Shown: positions 56,195-63,945 of the stretch, piece by piece
Position numbering within the stretch: position 1 is the stretch's first letter
Layout of the letters: each line of letters opens with the position of its first letter
NCBI GenBank assembly: GCA_051985455.1
Contig: JBPYEI010000102.1
Location: 5,356 to 69,355 of the forward strand
DNA length: 64,000 nucleotides
Origin: Acidimicrobiales bacterium
GTDB lineage: Bacteria > Actinomycetota > Acidimicrobiia > Acidimicrobiales > AC-9
Reading direction: 5' to 3'
Notes under the pieces: generated by a model
What the model saw: only the letters and a program-made list of their open reading frames with translations
Databases searched by the model: none
What the model was told of the DNA's origin: nothing
Made by a program: the position numbers and the translations under genes

Positions 56195-56753
56195 TCCGAC
56201 CTGAGCGCGGTCGCAGTCGCGCCCCGAGCGCGAGCACGAGCGGGAGGGGGGCGTCCGGCCGGGGAACGGATGCCGCCGCCATCAGACGCGGCCGCCGGCG
56301 TACCCGGACGGCCGGAAGGCGCCGCCGTCGAGCGCCTGTCGTGGTCACTCGGTAGCTGACGTCGAACTTCATGAGCTCGACGGCGGCCTCGTCGGGCAGC
56401 TTTCCCTGATCGCGCAACCAGGCGGCGAAGGCGCGGCCGTCGGCCCGGCTGTCGGATGTCAGGCGGGGCCGAGTGAGGACGTACTGACGGGCGAGGGCGC
56501 TATAGGAACCGCCCAGGGCTCGCGGCAGAGCCGGCCAGTGCCGGGTCACCGAGGCGACCCGTTTCCGCACCAGGGTCTCTCGGGTGGCCGCGTAGCCACG
56601 CCGATCGAACAGGTCCGAACGACAGGCGTCACCGATGGTGAGCGCACGAAGCGCCTGGGCTTGCTGATCCAACAGCTCGTCGCGGTCAGCCGATGGCACC
56701 GCTGAATCGACTCCTGTCTGGCGTGTCGCGCTGGACCAATCCGGCGAGGACAT
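56181..56753 (-). CDS. Hypothetical protein in the position of the MNIO partner (MbnC/DUF2063-like role inferred from position only)
   Basis: 190-aa ORF; start ATG at 56753 or GTG at 56699, both overlapping the MNIO stop at 56686. Segment YAATRETLVRKRVASVTRHWPALPRALGGSYSALARQYVLTRP loosely resembles DUF2063 N-domains. Not verifiable by eye. Confidence 0.5.
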   Translation of the reverse strand: MSSPDWSSATRQTGVDSAVPSADRDELLDQQAQALRALTIGDACRSDLFDRRGYAATRETLVRKRVASVTRHWPALPRALGGSYSALARQYVLTRPRLTSDSRADGRAFAAWLRDQGKLPDEAAVELMKFDVSYRVTTTGARRRRLPAVRVRRRPRLMAAASVPRPDAPLPLVLALGARLRPRSGRTFRP

Positions 56754-57591
56754 CGAGCTCGGAGCTGACGTCGCCCCGATCGAAGCCGTCGTCCCGTTCG
56801 AGCAGCACGGCGGGCACGCACAGCCGCGAGGTCGTGTGGGCCAGCAGGTCGTACACCGCCCTGGGAACAGGGTGGGCGTGCGTGTCGTGGTACAGCCCAG
56901 ACCTGTCGTGGTGGCCTCCGGCGACGTGGGCGTACGCGATCCGATGGGCGGCCATCCTCGAGAGCCAGTCCTCCAGTATTACGCCGTGGTTGACGATGGC
57001 GGCGTAGAGGTTGGAGACGTCGAGCAACAAGGGACACCCCGTCTGCCCGAGCACGCGATCGAGAAAGTCGAGCTCGGTCATCTCCGAGCTCGACCACGTC
57101 ACCAGCGATGCGATGTTCTCGAGGGCAAGCGGCAGGGCCAGGTGGTCCTTGGCGATCTGGATGTTCTCGCTGAGGATGTCGGCGGCGGCGGCGGTGTACG
57201 GGAGAGGCATGAGGTGGCCGGCCTCGTGGCGGCCGGCGCGCACGAAGGCGACGTGCTCACTGATCAACGTGGCGTCGAGGCGCTCAGCCACCCGGCTGAG
57301 GTGATCGATGCGGTGTCGGGCCGGTGGGCTGGCGTCTCCCAGGCCGAGGCTCACGCCGTGGACGACGACTTCCGTCCCCCTTGCCCGAAGGTTGTCCAAC
57401 GCTTCGGGGACCCGCCGCGGATCGATCGACTCGGCCATCACCTCGACGAAACACACGTCGCGCCGGCGGTCGATGGCGAGGGCCAGCTCCGGGCGCCAGC
57501 CGACCCCGAGGCCGCGCAGGGCGTTCGATGGCGTCGACCTCGGCCGAGTGTGCCTCCTCGGCCTGAGCCGCACCGGCGTCAACCGCCGCAT
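56686..57591 (-). CDS. DUF692-family TIM-barrel enzyme (multinuclear non-heme iron oxidase, MNIO; MbnB/TglH/BufB-like)
   Basis: GLGVGWRPELA..., VVHGVSLGLG, LISEHVAF, LALENI, LLLDVSNLY, AYAHVAGGH, YHDTHAHPV, VLLERDD. Start candidates: ATG 57591, TTG 57582, GTG 57573. The first 36 aa of the track ORF are the alternative frame of the upstream Cys-Gly repeat. Confidence 0.85.
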   Translation of the reverse strand: MRRLTPVRLRPRRHTRPRSTPSNALRGLGVGWRPELALAIDRRRDVCFVEVMAESIDPRRVPEALDNLRARGTEVVVHGVSLGLGDASPPARHRIDHLSRVAERLDATLISEHVAFVRAGRHEAGHLMPLPYTAAAADILSENIQIAKDHLALPLALENIASLVTWSSSEMTELDFLDRVLGQTGCPLLLDVSNLYAAIVNHGVILEDWLSRMAAHRIAYAHVAGGHHDRSGLYHDTHAHPVPRAVYDLLAHTTSRLCVPAVLLERDDGFDRGDVSSELDVLAGLVQRDTPDRSRFSGAIG

Positions 57592-58592
57592 CCTCCACCC
57601 CCGCCACCACATCCGCCTCCCCCACCGCAGCTGCCACCGCCGCCGCAGCTGCTGCCTCCCCCGCAGCTGCTGCCTCCCCCGCAACTTGAGGCGCTCCACA
57701 CGGCGACACCGCCTCCGTGTGTGGCGGCCACGCCCACGAGCCGCTGGGAGCTACGTCCGAGGAGGGGCGCCATGCTCATCCGCAACGCTCCGAGCGACCC
57801 CTCGCCGAGCACCTGGGCGCCGTACAGGGCAACGGCCAGAACCAGGTCGGGTCCGCCGAGCTCGACCCCGGGTTGGGCGATCGTCGTTCGGAGAGCCGCT
57901 GTCTGCGTGCGCAGTCCTTGCAGCACCTTGTCCCCTTCTCTCGTCCGGCGGGCGCGCCGGGCGACCAGCGGGATGAGGAGGATGGTGACGATGATCAGCG
58001 CCGTCAGGTAGCCGACAGGGTGGTGGTTGGCTATGCCGTACACGTAGCGGGCGAGGCCCAGAGCGAGGACCCCGAGGAGTGGCAGGGTGGCGACGAACCT
58101 CATGCGCGAGCTCGATCGGGGGCTGACGAGGAGGCCCCGAGCCACGAGTGAGTCACCGAGCTCGTCGAGCTGGAACGAGGCAGTCCGGGCGAGGTCGGGA
58201 GCAGACGTGACGCCACCGGCGACCCACTGGTAGACGACGGTGTCGGTGATGCCTGATCCCTGAGGAAGCGCGGTCGCGATCGACAGCTGGGGAGGGAGAT
58301 CGGCGGTCGCGGTCAGAACGCCGCTCTGCACGAGGGCGAGGATGGAGACTACCGCCGCCCAGATGGCGCCGTCGTTCAGGTAGGCCGCCTCGTACGGGTC
58401 GGACGTCGAGGGTGGAGCCAGCTCCGGCGCGGCGGGAACCGACCACTGGGCGCCGTACCCACTCGCGACGCTCAAATGGGCCGGTGCTCGGCGGAACGCC
58501 CGTCTCACCATGACGCTCACGATCAGTGCGACGACCAGCAGTGCGCCGTAGATGGCCAGGAATTGCGGGCCGCTGGGATCCGAGAGGTTCAC
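57579..58592 (-). CDS. Polytopic membrane protein with C-terminal (Cys-Gly/Ser)n tail (TIGR04222-type, from memory)
   Basis: GTG at 58592 (GTGA overlap with the upstream stop). Several hydrophobic segments (FLAIYGALLVVALIVSVMV; AIWAAVVSILALV; FVATLPLLGVLALGLA; YLTALIIVTILLIPLV). The C-terminus is WSASSCGGGSSCGGGSSCGGGGSCGGGGGCGGGGGGCGG*. Confidence 0.8.
   Translation of the reverse strand: MNLSDPSGPQFLAIYGALLVVALIVSVMVRRAFRRAPAHLSVASGYGAQWSVPAAPELAPPSTSDPYEAAYLNDGAIWAAVVSILALVQSGVLTATADLPPQLSIATALPQGSGITDTVVYQWVAGGVTSAPDLARTASFQLDELGDSLVARGLLVSPRSSSRMRFVATLPLLGVLALGLARYVYGIANHHPVGYLTALIIVTILLIPLVARRARRTREGDKVLQGLRTQTAALRTTIAQPGVELGGPDLVLAVALYGAQVLGEGSLGALRMSMAPLLGRSSQRLVGVAATHGGGVAVWSASSCGGGSSCGGGSSCGGGGSCGGGGGCGGGGGGCGG
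57582..57690 (-). repeat. Low-complexity (GGN/AGC/TGC)n coding repeat with two perfect 18-bp tandem units
   Basis: CCGCAGCTGCTGCCTCCC occurs at 57643-57660 and 57661-57678 (perfect copies), flanked by degenerate units at 57625-57642 (14/18) and 57679-57690. Confidence 0.85.
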
Positions 58593-59365
58593 GACGACGA
58601 CTGCTTGGCGAACGCGGCGTGCATGGCACGGGTCGTGGTGTCGAGGATGGCGTCGTAGAGGTGGTCCACGTCGGACGCGGCGGAGGAGTCCTGACGCAGC
58701 TCGGCGAGATCCGCCAGCGCCTTGGCGTCGAGACCGAACGCTCTGGCCGCCTCGGCGAACAGAGCCGCAGACCGGTCCTCGCTCGGAAGCGGATGCCCGG
58801 CCACCTGCAACAGGCCGCCGAGCGCCAGCGCGATCGGGCGGGCCGCTCGGACGAGCGCGGCCGTGGACGCCAACGCGTCCCCCCGCACCGACGCCTGTCG
58901 GTTGCGAAGACGCAGGGCGACGTTCGCCAGCTCCTGCTCGACCCGGCGGCGGAGATCCTCGGGGTCGACGGCGATGTCACCCAGCGGGTTCGTTCCGTGA
59001 ACCACGATGTTGTACCGCTTGATGTCGAGCACGAGAGTGGGAAACGCCTCGGCCAGCGCCGCGAGCTCCGTGTCGGCGACGATGTACGGACGGACGCGCG
59101 CCTCGAGCCATCCCGCTCGCAGGGGCTCGGCTATGGCGTCGACGTGCTCGGCGCTGGCGTCCTCCATGATCAGCATCAGGTTGACGTCGCTCTGACCCAC
59201 CCGGTACCGGCGCCGAGCGATCCCCCCGTAGATCAGAAGCGACCGGAGCGATGTGCCCAGCCGGCCGACCAGCTCACCCACGAGGCGGTCGACGGCCGTG
59301 ACGACGTCGCCTGGAAGATCGAGAGCCTGATGCCAGCTACCGCCTGCTGCTCCCCCCTCGCCCAT
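58589..59365 (-). CDS. Minimal (pol-beta-fold) nucleotidyltransferase domain protein
   Basis: ATG at 59365. LLIYGGIARRRYRVGQSDVNLMLI fits hG[GS]x9-13 D-x-(D/E), but the second acidic position is Asn. A helical C-terminal half follows. Confidence 0.65.
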   Translation of the reverse strand: MGEGGAAGGSWHQALDLPGDVVTAVDRLVGELVGRLGTSLRSLLIYGGIARRRYRVGQSDVNLMLIMEDASAEHVDAIAEPLRAGWLEARVRPYIVADTELAALAEAFPTLVLDIKRYNIVVHGTNPLGDIAVDPEDLRRRVEQELANVALRLRNRQASVRGDALASTAALVRAARPIALALGGLLQVAGHPLPSEDRSAALFAEAARAFGLDAKALADLAELRQDSSAASDVDHLYDAILDTTTRAMHAAFAKQSSS

Positions 59366-59405
59366 GGCGGCGGAGCCTAACCGAAGGCCGACTCGAGCGC
59401 CGTGG

Positions 59406-60188
59406 TCAAGTGCGCTCGGCGGCGAGGCCCCTGAGGTCGCCGTCGTCGTCTGCCCAGGGCTCGGTGTTCCGAAATCCCGACGCCGCCAAGTGGGAGTCCA
59501 GCGCTTGGGCCTGTGCCCCGCCGACCTCGATGAGGAGCCAACCGTGCGCCCGCAGGTGGCGGCCGGCCGCCGTGACGACGCGCCGGGCCACGTCGAGCCC
59601 GTCGGCGCCGCCGTCCAACGCGAGGCGCGGCTCGAAGCGCAGGACGTCGGCTGGTAGCAGCCGAAGCTCGCTCCTGGGCACATAGGGCGGCACGGCCGTC
59701 ACGACATCCCAAACGTGACCGGGCCGAAGGGGCGTGTCGAGGTCGCCGACCAGAGCCGCCACTCCGTTGCGCGCGGCACAGGCGGCAGCGTTCGGGTCCA
59801 GATCGACTCCGATGACCGAGGCCTTGGGCACCTCGGCCACGAGGTGGGCGGCAATTGCTCCCGCGCCAGTGCACAGGTCGACGGCGCTTCCGCCAACAGG
59901 CAGCAGCCGCCCCGCCCGCCGGGCCAGCTCCTCGCTCTGGATCCGGGGGACGTAGAGCCCGGACGAAACGTGCACCCAGCGGCCACAGAACTCGAGCCCA
60001 CCCACGATCCACGCCAGCGGCTCGCCCCGCTCCCGCCTGCGCAGCCACGCCTCGAGCTGGGGTCCGTCCGCCGCTGCCGCCAGAAGATCGTGCGCCTCCT
60101 CCTCGGCGGCGACGCACCCCGCCTCACGTAGTCGGTCGACTACGGCGCGGACACCCACAAGCGGGCTCGACACCGAAGGAGTCTGCAT
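59406..60188 (-). CDS. PrmC/HemK-like protein N5-glutamine-type methyltransferase
   Basis: ATG at 60188. VDLCTGAGAIA (motif I), VTAVPPYVP (NPPY-type motif IV variant), LALDGG. Confidence 0.8.
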   Translation of the reverse strand: MQTPSVSSPLVGVRAVVDRLREAGCVAAEEEAHDLLAAAADGPQLEAWLRRRERGEPLAWIVGGLEFCGRWVHVSSGLYVPRIQSEELARRAGRLLPVGGSAVDLCTGAGAIAAHLVAEVPKASVIGVDLDPNAAACAARNGVAALVGDLDTPLRPGHVWDVVTAVPPYVPRSELRLLPADVLRFEPRLALDGGADGLDVARRVVTAAGRHLRAHGWLLIEVGGAQAQALDSHLAASGFRNTEPWADDDGDLRGLAAERT

Positions 60189-60405
60189 CACGGAGGCCTT
60201 CTCGTAGCCGGCCGCCACAGCTCGTGCCCGGGAGCCCGAAATCTGACACTTGTGTCGTATTTGCACCCGACACCGGCAGGACATGGCCGACCCGACGGAG
60301 AATCGAGCGGCCTGTGCTGAAGGGGCCGGGCCTGATGACACAGGCGACACTGGCAGGGCTTGCGGGACTGGCGGGGCCGTCTGGTCAACAGGTTGCCCGG
60401 CGTCC

Positions 60406-61431
60406 ATGACGAAGACCTCTCCGGAGTGGGACGACCCACAAAGATCCGCAGAGACGGGACGGTTCGTCCACGCCGACCTGGCTGAGACGGTCGAGCGGGC
60501 GACCGCCTCGCGGTTCTTCGTGCTCCGGGCCGTCGCCCGCGTCGCCCTGGCGGCAGACGCCCGAGCCCTGCCGCTCCAGCGCCTCCTGCGAAAGCTGGTG
60601 GACAGCCTTCAGCGGGCAGGCGAGAGCGACCCGACCACCACCCCGGCTGTTCTGAGGAGGGGTCTCCTCGCCGCCTCGGCCAGCCTGCTGGCGGCCGCCA
60701 CCGGCATGGGCACGGGGATCCTTCCCGGACCGGCGACGGACCTGGCCAGCGGAGGCTCGGCGTTCGGTCCAGGCGGCGCCGGGCCCACCGGTCATGCCGC
60801 CTCCGCCCACTGGGGCCGCGGGTCGGGACACTTGTTTCCGACCACTCCATCGCCGGGCCTGAACGTGGCCACGCTCGCTGCTCCTCCACCAGGGGCGGCT
60901 CCCAGCCCGGCGACCCCCACGATCGTTCTGCCTCCCCTCTCCCCGGACCTCTACGTCAATCCCCTGGCCCGGATCTCGAACCTCCAACCCAAGCGGATCG
61001 ACCAGGGTGTCGACTACGCCGGATCTGGCCCGCTGGTAGCGCTGGGGACCGGCACCATCAGGACAACGAACGAGGGTGGCTGGCCGGGTGGGGCGTTCAT
61101 CGCCCTGCAGCTCGACCATGGACTGTTCGCCGGTCAGGTCATCTACTACGCCGAGAACATCACTCCGACCGTCAGGGTCGGCCAGCACGTCAACGTCGGA
61201 GATGTGGTCGGAATCCTGCACGACGCCTTCCCGAACCTCGAGATCGGATGGGGCGGCGGGGGTCGAGCAGGCGGCACCCTCGGAGACACCCTGGCGCGCT
61301 CGAACGGCGGCGCGGTAGAAGGTGTGTCGTCGGCGGTCGGTGTCAACTTCAACAGGCTGCTGGTGTTTCTCGGGGCGCCGGGCGGGATCCAGCAGGGCCT
61401 GATGGGGCACCTTCCCGCCGGAGTCGGCTGA
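60406..61431 (+). CDS. Hypothetical exported/membrane protein with twin-arginine-like segment and M23/LytM-like beta-barrel C-terminal region (no catalytic His motif seen)
   Basis: GC3 rises from the ATG at 60406; 60250-60405 has low GC3. RRGLLAASASLLAAATGMG. C-terminal part: IDQGVDYAGSGPLVALGTGTI...VRVGQHVNVGDVVGIL. Confidence 0.5.
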   Translation: MTKTSPEWDDPQRSAETGRFVHADLAETVERATASRFFVLRAVARVALAADARALPLQRLLRKLVDSLQRAGESDPTTTPAVLRRGLLAASASLLAAATGMGTGILPGPATDLASGGSAFGPGGAGPTGHAASAHWGRGSGHLFPTTPSPGLNVATLAAPPPGAAPSPATPTIVLPPLSPDLYVNPLARISNLQPKRIDQGVDYAGSGPLVALGTGTIRTTNEGGWPGGAFIALQLDHGLFAGQVIYYAENITPTVRVGQHVNVGDVVGILHDAFPNLEIGWGGGGRAGGTLGDTLARSNGGAVEGVSSAVGVNFNRLLVFLGAPGGIQQGLMGHLPAGVG

Positions 61432-61461
61432 GCGCAGGCACCACCGCCGACTCGGCAATCG

Positions 61462-62277
61462 TCAGGCGGTGAGCAGCTTCTTGCGAAAGAGGTCGAGTAC
61501 CTGATCGAGCGCTTCCCTGGTCAGCTGACCAGGCTCGTCGATCAAGTGCTCGGTGACGACGGAGTGCGGCTTCATCACCGCCTCGGGGTTGGCGCACCCG
61601 TCATCCAGCTCGACGGCCACGAAGGCATCCCCCAGCTGCTCCTCGAGGTAGCGAAAGCGCGCCGACGGCACATAGCGGTCGCCGCAGAAGCGGAGGCCCA
61701 TCACTTCGACATCGCCGGCTTCGCCGCGCTTCTTGACCGTGGCCAGGTCGTTCGGCGAGCAGTCGATCGAACGCATCCGCGACGAGGTCGCCGCGAAGGG
61801 CAACGACGGCTGGGACAGGACCGGCGCCAGGACGCTGGGATCGGTCGCCATCGCCAGTGCAAATCCGCCGGTGAAGCACATGCCGATGGCCCCGACGCCG
61901 GGACCGCCGCATCGTTCGTGCTCGGCCGCCGCCAGCGCTCGCAGCCAATCGATCACCGGGGATGTCCGGTTGGTCGCCCACACGGTGAACTCTCGACTGA
62001 TGCAGAGCGGCACGATCGAGGAGAAACCGTAGACGAGCGAGTCGAGTCGGCTGCCGGCGAGCGGGTCCTTGCCCGGCGTCCCGAACAGATGGGGAATCAC
62101 TGCGGTGCATCCGATGTCCGCCACCCGGCGGGCGAAGCCAGCGACCTTCGGGGTGATGCCCGGGACCTCCGCCATCACGATGACTGCCAGACCGCTCCCC
62201 TTGCGGAACACGGCCCGCTCCTTGCCCTCGTGGGAGAACGTGGTGCGCTCGAAGTCGGAAAGATCGTCGTCCGGCAT
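61462..62277 (-). CDS. Dienelactone hydrolase family protein
   Basis: GLAVIVMAEVPGITPKVAGFARRVADIGCTAVIPHLFG...GAIGMCFTGGFAL. Confidence 0.8.
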   Translation of the reverse strand: MPDDDLSDFERTTFSHEGKERAVFRKGSGLAVIVMAEVPGITPKVAGFARRVADIGCTAVIPHLFGTPGKDPLAGSRLDSLVYGFSSIVPLCISREFTVWATNRTSPVIDWLRALAAAEHERCGGPGVGAIGMCFTGGFALAMATDPSVLAPVLSQPSLPFAATSSRMRSIDCSPNDLATVKKRGEAGDVEVMGLRFCGDRYVPSARFRYLEEQLGDAFVAVELDDGCANPEAVMKPHSVVTEHLIDEPGQLTREALDQVLDLFRKKLLTA

Positions 62278-62365
62278 CGCCTCACTATGGCACCGGCGAC
62301 CACATGTCCCGCAACCTACGATGCCGCTCGGTTCAGCATCGACCGTGCCCTAGCATGATCCGGCA

Positions 62366-63190
62366 GTGAGCTCGGGACCGACGAGGAATGCCCCGTGGCT
62401 CTCGTACGACTCCGTGGCCGAGACCTATGAGCTGGTGGCCGTACCCTGGTTCGAGCACATGGCCCGCGACCTCGTCGACGCCGTCGGTCCCTCTCCGGGG
62501 GACTGCCTTCTCGACGTAGGTACGGGCACGGGTCTCACGGCCGCCCTGGCGCAGCCTCACGTGGCGTCCAGCGGTGTCACCATCGGGATCGACCCGTCGA
62601 TCGGCATGCTGAAGCTCGCCCGCTCGATCCGCGGGATCGTCACCGCGGCGGCAGAGCTACCGGATCTGCCGTTCCCGGACGCCACGTTCGACGCCGTCGT
62701 CGCCAACCTCGTTCTGTCTCACGTTCCCGAGCTGGTCGGCGGGCTGGCCGACATGGTCCGCGTCCTTCGACCGGCGGGGCGTGTGGGGGTCACTGCCTGG
62801 GCACCCGATCCGAAGCATGCCGACGATCAGGCGGCGGCGGCGGACGATATCGTCGCATCGGCACGCGAAACGTGTGCGTTGCCCTCGCAGGCCCCGATAA
62901 AGGGCGCGCCCTGGGAGGAGCAGCTGCAGGACCGAGCGGCGCTGGAGGGCCTCCTCAGCAGGGCAGGACTCCTCGACATCGACGTCCGAGGCCATACCTA
63001 CCGTCGGTTGTTCGCCGTGGACGACTATCTCTGTGGCTGGGGCGGCCTGGGCCGATACCTTCGTTGGGAGCTCGGAGACGAGCGCTGGCACGAGTTCTCC
63101 GATCTCGCCGCCGCCAGGCTTCGGCGACGATTCGGCGACAGCGTCATCACGGTGACCCGAGCCTGGGTGGCTACCGGCAAGGCGGCGTGA
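62366..63190 (+). CDS. Class I SAM-dependent methyltransferase
   Basis: CLLDVGTGTGLTA (motif I), FDAVVANLVLSHV, LRPAGRVGV. Confidence 0.85.
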   Translation: MSSGPTRNAPWLSYDSVAETYELVAVPWFEHMARDLVDAVGPSPGDCLLDVGTGTGLTAALAQPHVASSGVTIGIDPSIGMLKLARSIRGIVTAAAELPDLPFPDATFDAVVANLVLSHVPELVGGLADMVRVLRPAGRVGVTAWAPDPKHADDQAAAADDIVASARETCALPSQAPIKGAPWEEQLQDRAALEGLLSRAGLLDIDVRGHTYRRLFAVDDYLCGWGGLGRYLRWELGDERWHEFSDLAAARLRRRFGDSVITVTRAWVATGKAA

Positions 63191-63249
63191 GCGCCGGGGC
63201 CGCGACGAGGTGTCACCGATGCGCGTAACCTGCACCCGATCGCGAGTGG

Positions 63250-63945
63250 GTGCGCATGCCTGAACCGGGCCGGACTGCGCTGGTGACCGGCGCCAACCGT
63301 GGAATCGGACGCGAGATTGCTCGCCAGCTCGCCGCGCTCGGGGTGCGAGTGGTGCTCGCTTCGCGCGACCACGGGGCAGGTCTGGCGGCGGCTCGGGGGC
63401 TCCCGGGCGACGTGCGCGTGCAGGAGCTGGACGTCTCGGATCCCGGCAGTGTCGACGTGTGTGTGAGCGGCCTGGCCGCGGCCGGCCTCGAGGTCGACGT
63501 ACTGGTCAACAACGCCGGGGTCTACCCCACGAGTCCATTGCTCAGGGTCGACGAGGGCGCGCTCATGGAGGCGCTGCAGGTCAACCTGCTCGGTGCCTGG
63601 CGAACGTGCCGAGCGTTCGTGCCCGCCATGCACCAGCGCGGTTGGGGCAGGGTGGTCAACGTCTCGACAGGTTGGGCGCACATCGCCGACAGTCCGCCGC
63701 AGGCCGGCGCCTACGGCTTGTCCAAGGCCGCCCTGAACGTCCTCACCCGGGTGATCGCCGCCGAGGCGGGCCCGCGAGTCAAGGTCAACTGCATGTCGCC
63801 CGGGTGGGTCGGCACACGCATGGGCGGGCCCGGTGCGCCGAGCTCGGTCGAGGAAGGGGCCGACACGGCGGTCTGGTTGGCGACGCTGCCCGACGACGGT
63901 CCGACCGACGGGTTCTTCTACGAGCGTGAGCGCATCCCATGGTGA
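63250..63945 (+). CDS. SDR family oxidoreductase (carbonyl-reductase-like)
   Basis: ALVTGANRGIGREIARQLA, NNAGV, YGLSKAAL. Confidence 0.85.
   Translation: MRMPEPGRTALVTGANRGIGREIARQLAALGVRVVLASRDHGAGLAAARGLPGDVRVQELDVSDPGSVDVCVSGLAAAGLEVDVLVNNAGVYPTSPLLRVDEGALMEALQVNLLGAWRTCRAFVPAMHQRGWGRVVNVSTGWAHIADSPPQAGAYGLSKAALNVLTRVIAAEAGPRVKVNCMSPGWVGTRMGGPGAPSSVEEGADTAVWLATLPDDGPTDGFFYERERIPW

Noticed and set aside
57582-57690. Tandem repeats as a possible CRISPR array or minisatellite
   Set aside because: The units are 18 bp with no spacers. They lie in frame inside a coding sequence and encode the Cys-Gly tail. This is not CRISPR.
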